64,000 bases of DNA from Halobacteriovoraceae bacterium (GCA_963719505.1 CAVRCF010000004.1:96001-160000); one strand, 5' to 3'. Shown: positions 47,994 through 56,042, counted from the first letter of the stretch. Notes: generated from the letters alone by a model not told the origin. Program-made: numbers and translations.

Positions 47994-48035
47994 GCAAGGC
48001 TTGTGCCAAGAACTAACAGTTCTAAAGTATTGAAT
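47994..48035 (-). promoter_or_regulatory. Sigma54 promoter plus IHF-like site for sRNA copy 1
   Basis: Minus strand TTGGCACAAGCCTTGC (48009-47994); ATTCAATACTTTA (48035-48023). Confidence 0.72.
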
Positions 48036-48050
48036 TTAAATGTTTATTGA

Positions 48051-48089
48051 GTGGCCAAGTTGATCCAGGATCAATTTGGCCATTTTTTT
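48051..48089 (+). terminator. Long hairpin with T-tract (plus-strand terminator, or palindromic operator)
   Basis: gtggccaagttgatc-cag-gatcaatttggccat followed by tttttt. Confidence 0.55.
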
Positions 48090-48275
48090 GGGGTAAAAAG
48101 TCACTGTGTAATAATTAACGACAAGTGATCTAAAATACTTTGCTGACAACAATTACACTTATAAGCTCGTCCTTTCGACATTTAACAACTGTTGTATCTA
48201 TTAATGGAAGTATTTGTTAGAGCCAAAGAAATGAGTTTAATAAAATAAATATAAAGCACTGAAGGTCACATTACA

Positions 48276-49514
48276 TGCAGTAGTCACGACTTGCGTTTAC
48301 AAAACGCTCTCAGTCAAAATATAAAACTATTGTAAATCTATTTCGCTACTTTCTACCTCGGTGTCAAAAACCATTTCTTTATACAATTTTACTCCTTCTG
48401 AAAATGTTTCATAAGGAGTTCTTCCTTTGCACCTCTTTCCTTGATTTGTTCTGTCGAAGTTGTAATCCTTCATGTAAAAATCAAGATCATACTGCAGTCC
48501 TTCTAGGCTCGTATAAAGCTTCTTTCTAAATGCAACACTATAAAATTCATTTTGGATGATTTGATTTAATTTCTCTACTGATCCATTCGTTTGAGGATGT
48601 CTTACTTTTGTTCGACTATGTTCTATATCATTCAAGTGCATGAATAATTGATAGTGATGCGCATCTTTGTGACCACAATATTCTCGTCCATTGTCTGTCA
48701 AAATCCTAAGAACTGAGATCCTGTGTTCGTCGAAGAATGGAAGTACTTTGCTGTTTAAAAAATCTGCCGCAACAGTTTGAGTTTTATCCAGATAGAGTTT
48801 TGCAAACCCCACATTAGAATAGGTATCAATTCCTGTTTGCTGATAAATTTTTCCAACACCTTTAATGTAGCCAACGTAGTAAGTATCTTGGGCGAATAGA
48901 AATCCAGAGTGATGAGTCTCTACTTCGCCATGAGCTTCTTTCTCTTGCTTTCTCTCTTCGAGTGCTTGGACTTGAGACTCAGTTAAAATATTATTCTCCT
49001 GAGCCGACCATTTCTCTAGACGTTTTAACCTTAGATGTTTTACTTGTAAGTCATGCCTGAGCCAGATTGAGCGAATTCCGCCAGCGCTAATAGCAATATT
49101 GCTTTTTCTTTTAAGCTCATTCGAAACTCGAACTTGTCCATGGGTAGGATACTGTAAAGAATAGTCTAGAACAGCTTTCTCGACTTCTGGAGCGCACCTG
49201 TTTCCAACTCTTGGACCTCTTCTAGACTTTTCTATAAGGCCTTCAAGTCCGTCTTCTTGTATGGCAGTTTTAATATCGTAGTAATGCTGTCGGCTTACAC
49301 CAAGTCTTTTGCATGCTTTTGTAATATTTTTTAAAGTGTCTGCAAATTCAACTATGTTGAGCTTACGATTAATGAGATACTGTTGTTGAGTCATGTGTTT
49401 TCCTTTTGTTAAAAATTGTTTTGTGGTTACTACAATTTTAACTGAGAACGCATGACTCAAATATTACCGGCAATATTTAGTCAGGTGTTGTAAACGCAAT
49501 TCGTGTTACTTCCA
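48276..49514 (-). mobile_element. IS481-family insertion sequence (~1.24 kb)
   Basis: Imperfect TIRs TGCAGTAGTCACGACTTGCGTTTACAA / TGGAAGTAACACGAATTGCGTTTACAA; flanking direct repeat CATTACA (48269-48275, 49515-49521). Confidence 0.85.
48327..49394 (-). CDS. IS481-family DDE transposase
   Basis: NITKACKRLGVSRQHYY (HTH), QDTYYVG, IDTYS, LTDNGREYCG, PQTNGSVEKLN; start likely MTQQQ at 49394. Confidence 0.93.
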   Translation of the reverse strand: MTQQQYLINRKLNIVEFADTLKNITKACKRLGVSRQHYYDIKTAIQEDGLEGLIEKSRRGPRVGNRCAPEVEKAVLDYSLQYPTHGQVRVSNELKRKSNIAISAGGIRSIWLRHDLQVKHLRLKRLEKWSAQENNILTESQVQALEERKQEKEAHGEVETHHSGFLFAQDTYYVGYIKGVGKIYQQTGIDTYSNVGFAKLYLDKTQTVAADFLNSKVLPFFDEHRISVLRILTDNGREYCGHKDAHHYQLFMHLNDIEHSRTKVRHPQTNGSVEKLNQIIQNEFYSVAFRKKLYTSLEGLQYDLDFYMKDYNFDRTNQGKRCKGRTPYETFSEGVKLYKEMVFDTEVESSEIDLQ

Positions 49515-49532
49515 CATTACAGGCTAGGGTGT

Positions 49533-50423
49533 CTAATATAGCTTTGTATCTACTGACGAACCAAAAGTATTTTCATAAACTCTTCTGGATTTAACTAAGT
49601 GTCCAGCTCCGTAAATCACAAGAACTTTATTGTACTTTTTGAGACTTTTATCAATTAATTGAACCAAATATCTTTCTCTAATCATTCCTATATGTGCAGA
49701 AATTTTTTGAAAATAGGTACCCGCACTACCGTTGATCGGAGCTACATCCATTGATCCCAAGTCTAAGTAACTTCGCTTCAAACTGGAATGTAACTCATAC
49801 CATTCCTTGAACTGGTTAAAAGTAACAATATTAGGAGTATTCAAGTTATTTGAGAATCTAGTTAGATATTTTGAGATCTGTGAAATCTGATTAGTTATAT
49901 CTATTTTTTTTTGTTTCTTGAGCTGCGGGATCATCCTTAAAAGATAAAAGCCAACAACATCAATTTCTTGAAAGCCTATCTCGTTGAGACCTTTTAAAAT
50001 CATCGTGTCCTTAATTTCACCACCAGCAAAAGGAATATTCTTTTGATTTGCAATAAATGCTGCGTAAGAAGGCTCTCCACACTTTCTAAACCTTGATGTG
50101 CTACACTTGTTGGCATAATCAATATACCACTGAGGACTAACTTCTTCATTGTTTTGAAAACCTTCTAATATAAGAAAATCAGGTTTTTCCTTTAGTATTA
50201 CCTGTTCAATTGTTTTGAAAGTCTTACTATCCATTGAATTTTCATGATCGGCAGCAACGAAGATTAGTTGTTTATCATTCTTTGAGAAGACAGAAATATA
50301 AGGAGCTTCATATGATTCCTGTTTCTGATAATCTAAACTCCAGTGGCGAATTAGGGATTCATTCAAGCTTATATTTGAGCAACTAATCTTTAGGAATACA
50401 AAGCAAATAAGAATAAACTTCAT
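49533..50423 (-). CDS. Hypothetical lipoprotein, TraB/TIKI/ChaN-like fold
   Basis: Lipobox ISC; ADHE, PDFLILEG, RE..., VLVIYGAGHL metal-site pattern. Confidence 0.55.
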   Translation of the reverse strand: MKFILICFVFLKISCSNISLNESLIRHWSLDYQKQESYEAPYISVFSKNDKQLIFVAADHENSMDSKTFKTIEQVILKEKPDFLILEGFQNNEEVSPQWYIDYANKCSTSRFRKCGEPSYAAFIANQKNIPFAGGEIKDTMILKGLNEIGFQEIDVVGFYLLRMIPQLKKQKKIDITNQISQISKYLTRFSNNLNTPNIVTFNQFKEWYELHSSLKRSYLDLGSMDVAPINGSAGTYFQKISAHIGMIRERYLVQLIDKSLKKYNKVLVIYGAGHLVKSRRVYENTFGSSVDTKLY

Positions 50424-50480
50424 AATTTTGACAATATCATGGTTTGATTAAAATGTTTGTCAAAATCACAATTAGGTGTA

Positions 50481-50590
50481 AATTTAACATTAGCTAAGGA
50501 TAAATAACGTCTTAAGACCCAGCGGTAATTTAAAGGTGGAAAGGATAAATTCTATCTTTAGGTGAACAGTCTTAAGGCTTGAGTTAAATT
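50481..50590 (+). ncRNA. Candidate structured RNA with GGA motifs
   Basis: Three nested helices with G-U pairs favouring the + strand; AAGGAUAAAU occurs twice; terminator-like hairpin follows at 50603-50631. Confidence 0.3.
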
Positions 50591-50596
50591 GCTGAA

Positions 50597-50631
50597 AATA
50601 AAAAAGGCTAGGATTTTTACTCCTGGCCTTT
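50597..50631. terminator. Hairpin terminator downstream of the 50682-50996 gene (possibly bidirectional)
   Basis: aaaggctagga-tttttac-tcctggccttt with an A-run on the left. Confidence 0.6.
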
Positions 50632-50653
50632 GTGATTTCTTTTGATCTTTTAG

Positions 50654-50683
50654 TTTGAGTATCTTATTTTTGAGTATCTTATT
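50654..50683. repeat. Perfect 15-bp tandem duplication
   Basis: TTTGAGTATCTTATT at 50654-50668 and 50669-50683. Confidence 0.9.
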
Positions 50684-50996
50684 AATGACAACGATTACCT
50701 ACAAACTTAGCTTCAGCAACGACCTCGGCGGTTTGTCCTACCTGAACACAAGTCACTTCAAATGATGATTCTTGCTTTGCTCCTTCGTAGTAGAGAAATC
50801 GCCAATTTGCTTTTTGCCTAGCATCTGCTTTAGCTAAAGCTTTCATAGCTTTAAGAACTTCATTTTCGGGGTTACTACAGCTACCTGAAATATTCGAAAA
50901 TTCAACTTTTCCAACAAAGCTCTCTTCAAAGCAGCCAGCGAATGCACTTTGGCCGGCAAGACTTACTAAAATTAAAAGTATCCTCAATTTCTTCAT
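50682..50996 (-). CDS. Small secreted hypothetical protein (4 Cys)
   Basis: RBS aaggaga; signal peptide ending SAFA. Confidence 0.75.
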   Translation of the reverse strand: MKKLRILLILVSLAGQSAFAGCFEESFVGKVEFSNISGSCSNPENEVLKAMKALAKADARQKANWRFLYYEGAKQESSFEVTCVQVGQTAEVVAEAKFVGNRCH

Positions 50997-51172
50997 GCTA
51001 TCTCCTTGCCCTTTAGGCTTTTGTGAAAACGAATTGTTACCTCAACGATTCGTTTTTATCTATAATTATTGGTCTAAATCGTTGATGACCAATCTTCTGA
51101 ACAATATGTACCTATATCGATGTTATATGCATAGTTTACAAATACTTCTACTTGATATAGGTATTTGTTTAT

Positions 51173-51994
51173 ATGATAAGACTAAATGATTTGAATAATT
51201 TTATTGAAGCAAGTGGTTTTCCTAGTTTAAGTATGGCCTCTAAAAAGTTAGGTGTAACTCAACCTGCTCTTTCTGAGTCGATTAAAAGGCTCGAGAAAGA
51301 TTTAGAAACAGTACTCTTTTATCGAACAAAAAATGGAATCTCTCTGACACCTGAAGGGAAGAAAGCTCTTGAGAAAAGTAAAAGCATCAGAATAATGCTA
51401 AACGATCTTGGAGAGATGAGGAGTGATCAAAAACAACCACTACTCACTTTGGGGTGTCATCCTGCTATTGGTTCTTACTTCCTTCCATATTTTATAAAGC
51501 GAGTTAATCACACCATCCCTGAAGGGAGATTCAAAATTACTCACGATCTTTCTAGAAATATTCAACTACAAGTTCAGTCGGGGGAAATTGACTTTGGTAT
51601 TATAGTCAATCCTTCTCCAAATCCGGATCTCATTCTCAAGCATATAGGGGTAGATATGGTGCGAGTTTGGAAATCAAAAAAGAAAGGGGATGACAACAAA
51701 ATCATTGCTGACTTAGACCTTCTACAAACTCAAAATATTTTGAACAAATGGAAGCGTGCTCCTAAAGAGTTAATGTCTATGTCAAGCCTTGAGATTATCG
51801 CGAGAATGACCAATCAAGGTTGTGGGTATGGGATTATACCAGAGAGAACGGTCAAACTTTTAAACTTTGATTTAGAAATAGTTAAAGGGAGTCCTTGTTT
51901 TAAAGATGAGTTTTACCTCGTTTATAGACCTGAATTCGGAAAGACTAGATATGAGAAAGATGTGATCAAGCTGATTGTTGAATCTTTTTCTTGA
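51173..51994 (+). CDS. LysR family transcriptional regulator
   Basis: SLSMASKKLGVTQPALSESIKRLEKDL..LFYR...LTPEG. Confidence 0.93.
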   Translation: MIRLNDLNNFIEASGFPSLSMASKKLGVTQPALSESIKRLEKDLETVLFYRTKNGISLTPEGKKALEKSKSIRIMLNDLGEMRSDQKQPLLTLGCHPAIGSYFLPYFIKRVNHTIPEGRFKITHDLSRNIQLQVQSGEIDFGIIVNPSPNPDLILKHIGVDMVRVWKSKKKGDDNKIIADLDLLQTQNILNKWKRAPKELMSMSSLEIIARMTNQGCGYGIIPERTVKLLNFDLEIVKGSPCFKDEFYLVYRPEFGKTRYEKDVIKLIVESFS

Positions 51995-52137
51995 TATAAA
52001 GAGACGAGGTTTTTGAAAAGAACAAAGGTCCTGATCAAAAAAATTAATAAGCAAAATGTCCAATTTGATTATATCTCAGAATTTTTTTTGAATACTATAG
52101 ATGAACAGAGAATCTTTTTTTCTTAGAAAAAAAGTTC

Positions 52138-52248
52138 AAGCTGGATAAGAAGAATGAGAATTTATAGGTTAGTTTTGTGAGATTTGAAACATTCGTGACA
52201 AATCGAAGAGCTTTTGAGGTGGGGCAGAAGAATCCTTCCATCCAGCTT
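52138..52248 (-). ncRNA. Candidate sigma54-dependent structured sRNA, copy 2 (~111 nt)
   Basis: About 85% identical to copy 1 (hand alignment); same fold with compensatory changes; begins 13 nt downstream of the -12 GC. Confidence 0.65.
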
Positions 52249-52260
52249 ACTATATATGAA

Positions 52261-52302
52261 GCAAGCTTCGTGCCAAGGTGTTTGATGTCTAAGTGATTAA
52301 TT
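52261..52302 (-). promoter_or_regulatory. Sigma54 promoter plus IHF-like site for sRNA copy 2
   Basis: Minus strand TTGGCACGAAGCTTGC (52276-52261), a perfect consensus match; AATTAATCACTTA (52302-52290) at the same spacing as in copy 1. Confidence 0.78.
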
Positions 52303-52397
52303 TTATTATGTGAATTTGGTGTCACTAAAGCATCGTGCCCCTAAACTCCGACTTTTTGACTCCAATTTAAGTCTCAATTTGCCTGACTTCGACTTTT

Positions 52398-53093
52398 CTA
52401 AGGTAAATCTGTGTAGTCTTCCAAGACCGAAAACTTCGAACTAACGACTCTTAAAGCACCTTCAGTATTTTCAAAATGTGGTAATTCTAAAGCGTATTTT
52501 GCACAGTACTCACGGTAGTAGATACTTTTTTGGGGGTGACGAGGATTGCTTAAGTTTATTAAGCGTGGAGTTTCAAGTTGGTAAATCAGTTTAACAGCTT
52601 TGGCGACGTCAATTCGAGCAATAAGATTCAAAGGGTCATTACCATTTTTGAGACCCTTTTTACCAGCAAGATACATTCCGGGGTGTGAACCCTCTGAGTA
52701 AAGGCCACTAGGTCTAATAATAAATGAATGGTCAAAATCAGCTAATAGTTTTTCAATCTTAAAAAGCTTATGACCATTTTCAGTATTTGGTTGAGGTGTC
52801 TTATCTTCGGTGACGACACCTTCATTCTCTCCATAAATTCCCGTTGAGCTTATGAGAATAACTTTCTTATCCTTTACTTCATTTAACCTTTGAATCCAAA
52901 CGTCAGTTGAAAGAGCACTTGGTGGGATACAAAAAATATAGGTATCAAACTTTAAACCAACTAGTGAATCCACATTAAGGTCTAGCTTGATAGAGCCACT
53001 GTGTGGTGTTGTTTTTGAACCAGTAATATCACCTTCAGGAAATTGGTCAATAATAAGTTTTCCAAGCCTTCCGGCTCCAATGACAAGGATCAT
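52398..53093 (-). CDS. YeeZ-like atypical SDR / NAD-dependent epimerase
   Basis: IGAGRLG, ISSTGIYG, IRPSGLY, LNLIAR.D. Confidence 0.8.
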   Translation of the reverse strand: MILVIGAGRLGKLIIDQFPEGDITGSKTTPHSGSIKLDLNVDSLVGLKFDTYIFCIPPSALSTDVWIQRLNEVKDKKVILISSTGIYGENEGVVTEDKTPQPNTENGHKLFKIEKLLADFDHSFIIRPSGLYSEGSHPGMYLAGKKGLKNGNDPLNLIARIDVAKAVKLIYQLETPRLINLSNPRHPQKSIYYREYCAKYALELPHFENTEGALRVVSSKFSVLEDYTDLP

Positions 53094-53509
53094 TTGAGTG
53101 CGTCTTTTACCATTTGCGAAGCGAGCTTTCCATCAAAGCGACCTTTGATTTGTGGTTGGAGGTGCTTCATAATTTCTCCCATATTTGGAGAATCAAGATT
53201 CCCTTTAATCTGATCAATAAGATCTTTAACCTCTTGTTGATCTAGGGACTTCGGAAGAAATTCAGAGAGAACTTTGTGTTCTGCATATATCTCTTTTTTA
53301 GCTTCACTATCATCGGGGTATAGATCAGCAGAGTCTTTAACTTTTTTGGCGTAAGAGATAACGATATCAATTTCCGGTTTTGGATTCCCTGAGACATCAT
53401 TTTCAATAAATAACTTCTTTACGTATCTGAGAGCATTGAGACGAGTTTTATCTCTGGCCTTCATTGCCAGCTTGATCCCTTCGTTTATTTGTTCCTTAAG
53501 ATCACTCAT
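53090..53509 (-). CDS. GatB/YqeY domain protein
   Basis: LKEQI...K.AMKARDK.RL, E..VL.EFLPK.L, MG.IMK......GR.DGK. Confidence 0.9.
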   Translation of the reverse strand: MSDLKEQINEGIKLAMKARDKTRLNALRYVKKLFIENDVSGNPKPEIDIVISYAKKVKDSADLYPDDSEAKKEIYAEHKVLSEFLPKSLDQQEVKDLIDQIKGNLDSPNMGEIMKHLQPQIKGRFDGKLASQMVKDALK

Positions 53510-54126
53510 TATTTTTCCTTTGTTATTTTTGTAAAAACTAAAATTTTATTATTTGCTGGCATATCAATTTTTTGAGAAAAGATGAGAGATGATTTTTCAA
53601 GGTTTTTCTTTATATCCTCAAAGTTTCTGATACCGCTATTTGGATCTCTTGCTTTTAGGTTCTCATCGAATTCTTTGTTTGATTCGGAGGTAAATTCACC
53701 GTCAAAATTAAAAGGTCCATAGATAATAAATTGACCGCCCTCGATAAGAATCTGATCGATACTTTTTAAAATTGTTTTCACCTTTTTCCAAGACATAATG
53801 TGAAATGTATTGGCCGTGTAAACAAGATCATATTTCTTATTGGGAAGCTTCGTTACACCGGCTTCAAACTCTATAGGATGGATGAGGTTTTTTAAATTCG
53901 CTTGATCAATATAGGCGGATATTGTCTTATGGTTCTCTTTTAAGTCCGAAGTTTGCCAGTAGAGATGTGAAAAATAGTTCCCTAGGTAAGCAGCATGCTG
54001 CCCAGTACCGCTACCAATTTCGAATATATTGCGATCGTGTTTAGTAATGATCTCACTTAGAGCTTTAGCTATAGGTTCTTTGTTTCTATCTGCACTAGGT
54101 GAAAATGGAAGGTCTAAATTCGTCAT
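53509..54126 (-). CDS. DUF938 (METTL26-like) SAM-dependent methyltransferase
   Basis: SPSADRNKEPI, EIGSGTGQHA, WQTSD, HIMSW, YGPF...G.FTSESN..FD, DMPANN. Confidence 0.92.
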   Translation of the reverse strand: MTNLDLPFSPSADRNKEPIAKALSEIITKHDRNIFEIGSGTGQHAAYLGNYFSHLYWQTSDLKENHKTISAYIDQANLKNLIHPIEFEAGVTKLPNKKYDLVYTANTFHIMSWKKVKTILKSIDQILIEGGQFIIYGPFNFDGEFTSESNKEFDENLKARDPNSGIRNFEDIKKNLEKSSLIFSQKIDMPANNKILVFTKITKEK

Positions 54127-54181
54127 GGGTAACTATAAGGCGAAATTTGTCACTTGTCGAAATATTCCATAGAATTTCATT

Positions 54182-54901
54182 ATGGAATTGTTTAAACACT
54201 CAAATCATCGAAACTCAAAGTACCTTGCTTGGTTAAGGGAGCAAAACTGTATTGTTTCTGGAAAAAAAGCCCAGTGTGCTCATCATATAAGACTGGAAAC
54301 AAATGGTGGCCAGGGGATCAAACCTTCGGACTATTTTTGTATTCCTTTAACAAACGAGTTTCATACCACTGGCAGTGGAGCCGTTCATCTGGTGGGAGAG
54401 GAGACTTTTTTAGTAGAAAATAGTATTGATAAGGTTGAGTTTTTTATCTATTATTTACAGCGTTTTATCGAACAGATGCTTGGTTCAAAAGTAGACGTTA
54501 AGAAGCTTGCACGATTAGAGGCCTTGGAAACTCTCATTGAAAAAGTTGAAAGTTTTAATACAACGGGGAGTAAACCTCTCAAAAAGAAAAAAAAGAAAGT
54601 AAAGGCAAAGCCCAAAGTCTCTATAACGGAGAGTGAGTTCTATCAAAAAGCAAAAGAGTTTAAGAAGGAAAAAGATAAAGAACTCAGACAATCTCTAAAG
54701 AAAAAGACCAGTAAGACAAAAGTAAAAATAAAAGAAGATGAATACTATCAAAAAGCTAAAGAGTTAAAAAGACAGTCAGATAAAAAGACCAGAGATGAAA
54801 ATAAAGAGGCGCAGTCAGCCTACAGAAAAAAAATGTACAAAAAGTATAAAGAAGAAAAAAAAGAGTATGATAAAAAGATAAAAGAATCAAAAAGGAAATA
54901 A
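54182..54901 (+). CDS. DUF968-like (HNH-related) domain fused to a Lys-rich repetitive helical tail
   Basis: KYLAWLREQNCIVSG...AHHIR...G.KPSD...IPL....H; C-terminal half very Lys/Glu-rich. Confidence 0.65.
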   Translation: MELFKHSNHRNSKYLAWLREQNCIVSGKKAQCAHHIRLETNGGQGIKPSDYFCIPLTNEFHTTGSGAVHLVGEETFLVENSIDKVEFFIYYLQRFIEQMLGSKVDVKKLARLEALETLIEKVESFNTTGSKPLKKKKKKVKAKPKVSITESEFYQKAKEFKKEKDKELRQSLKKKTSKTKVKIKEDEYYQKAKELKRQSDKKTRDENKEAQSAYRKKMYKKYKEEKKEYDKKIKESKRK

Positions 54902-54902
54902 G

Positions 54903-55553
54903 ATGGATACCAAAAACCTCATCAAAAAGTTAGTCGAAGCAAATGTTTTTAAGGCCCATCCTTGGCATGGTATTGATTTGTGGGCTGATAAATCCAAAAA
55001 TATTGTAAACGTATATATTGAGATTGTCCCTGAGAATAGAATCAAATATGAGCTTGATAAAAAGTCAGGATACCTTAAGGTCGACAGACCTCAAAAATTT
55101 TCAAATATTATCCCTTCTCTCTACGGCTTTCTACCGCGTACTTATTCCGATAAACACTCAGCGAATTATACAATGAAAAAATTAGGTCGTGATCATTTAG
55201 TTGGAGACAACGATCCCGTTGATATATGTGTTTTAACCGAGAAAAACTTAAAGCATGGTGATATTTTGTTAGAGGCGATTCCAATTGGTGGCTTTAGAAT
55301 GATTGATGGCGGTGAGGTTGATGATAAAATTATCGCCGTTTTGAAAGATGATGCTGTTTATGGAGACTATACTTCTATTGAACAGGTTCCACCCAAAATT
55401 GTAGAATCACTTAAACACTATTTTTTAACTTATAAAGAGATTCCAAAGTCCTCTGATGCAACAGTTGAAATAACTGACACCTATGGAATGGATGAAGCTC
55501 TTCGAATTATCGATGTCTCTGAAAAAGACTACGCCGAGTGTTTTGATGTATGA
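54903..55553 (+). CDS. ppa: Inorganic pyrophosphatase (family I)
   Basis: HPWHG, IEI, KYELDK, DRP, YGFLPRT, GDNDPVDI, DGGEVDDKIIAV. Confidence 0.95.
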   Translation: MDTKNLIKKLVEANVFKAHPWHGIDLWADKSKNIVNVYIEIVPENRIKYELDKKSGYLKVDRPQKFSNIIPSLYGFLPRTYSDKHSANYTMKKLGRDHLVGDNDPVDICVLTEKNLKHGDILLEAIPIGGFRMIDGGEVDDKIIAVLKDDAVYGDYTSIEQVPPKIVESLKHYFLTYKEIPKSSDATVEITDTYGMDEALRIIDVSEKDYAECFDV

Positions 55554-56016
55554 TCCCTACGAGTTTTTTAAAAAACTAGAAAAGAATCTTATTCAAGCTG
55601 ATATTGAATTGAGTAAAGATTGGTTTATCGATCATATTTGCTACAGGACTGAGTCCCTTAAGGAGTATGAGAAAGTAAAAAGTGATTTCTCTATTGGACA
55701 TGAGCTTTTGGTCGAGTCCATGGTCGGAGGAAGAATGATTGCAACCTTTAAACTTTCACAACCTTTTAAGTATAAGGACTTCATCATCCCTTTAATTGAA
55801 ATCCCTGCCCCCAAAAAGGGGAGGGTCTCTCAATCAGGTTTTGAGCATGTAGAAATAGTCGTAAAAGAGAGCTTTAAGGAATTAAAAGAGAAATTTTCTC
55901 ATCTTGATGTTAAGACGCATTCTTTAACTAAAGCTATCAATCCAGAGCTTGAGGTCGAGTTTAAAGATATGTCGATAAAGTTTCATCACCAATCTCTCGA
56001 AGAAGTCATTGAATAA
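55546..56016 (+). CDS. YecM-like VOC-family metalloprotein
   Basis: IDHICYRT, ESMVGGR.I, IEIPAPK, GFEHVEIV, IKFHHQSLEEVI; start likely ATG 55546. Confidence 0.88.
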   Translation: MYDPYEFFKKLEKNLIQADIELSKDWFIDHICYRTESLKEYEKVKSDFSIGHELLVESMVGGRMIATFKLSQPFKYKDFIIPLIEIPAPKKGRVSQSGFEHVEIVVKESFKELKEKFSHLDVKTHSLTKAINPELEVEFKDMSIKFHHQSLEEVIE

Positions 56017-56042
56017 GAGAAATCTTTAGTTTAGGATCACTT

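Noticed and set aside
52095-52325. 76-aa minus-strand ORF over sRNA copy 2 (internal ATG gives MEGFFCPTSKALRF...)
   Set aside because: In copy 1 the ATG is ATA and the frame stops after 25 codons; there is no RBS, and the substitutions preserve base pairing rather than amino acids
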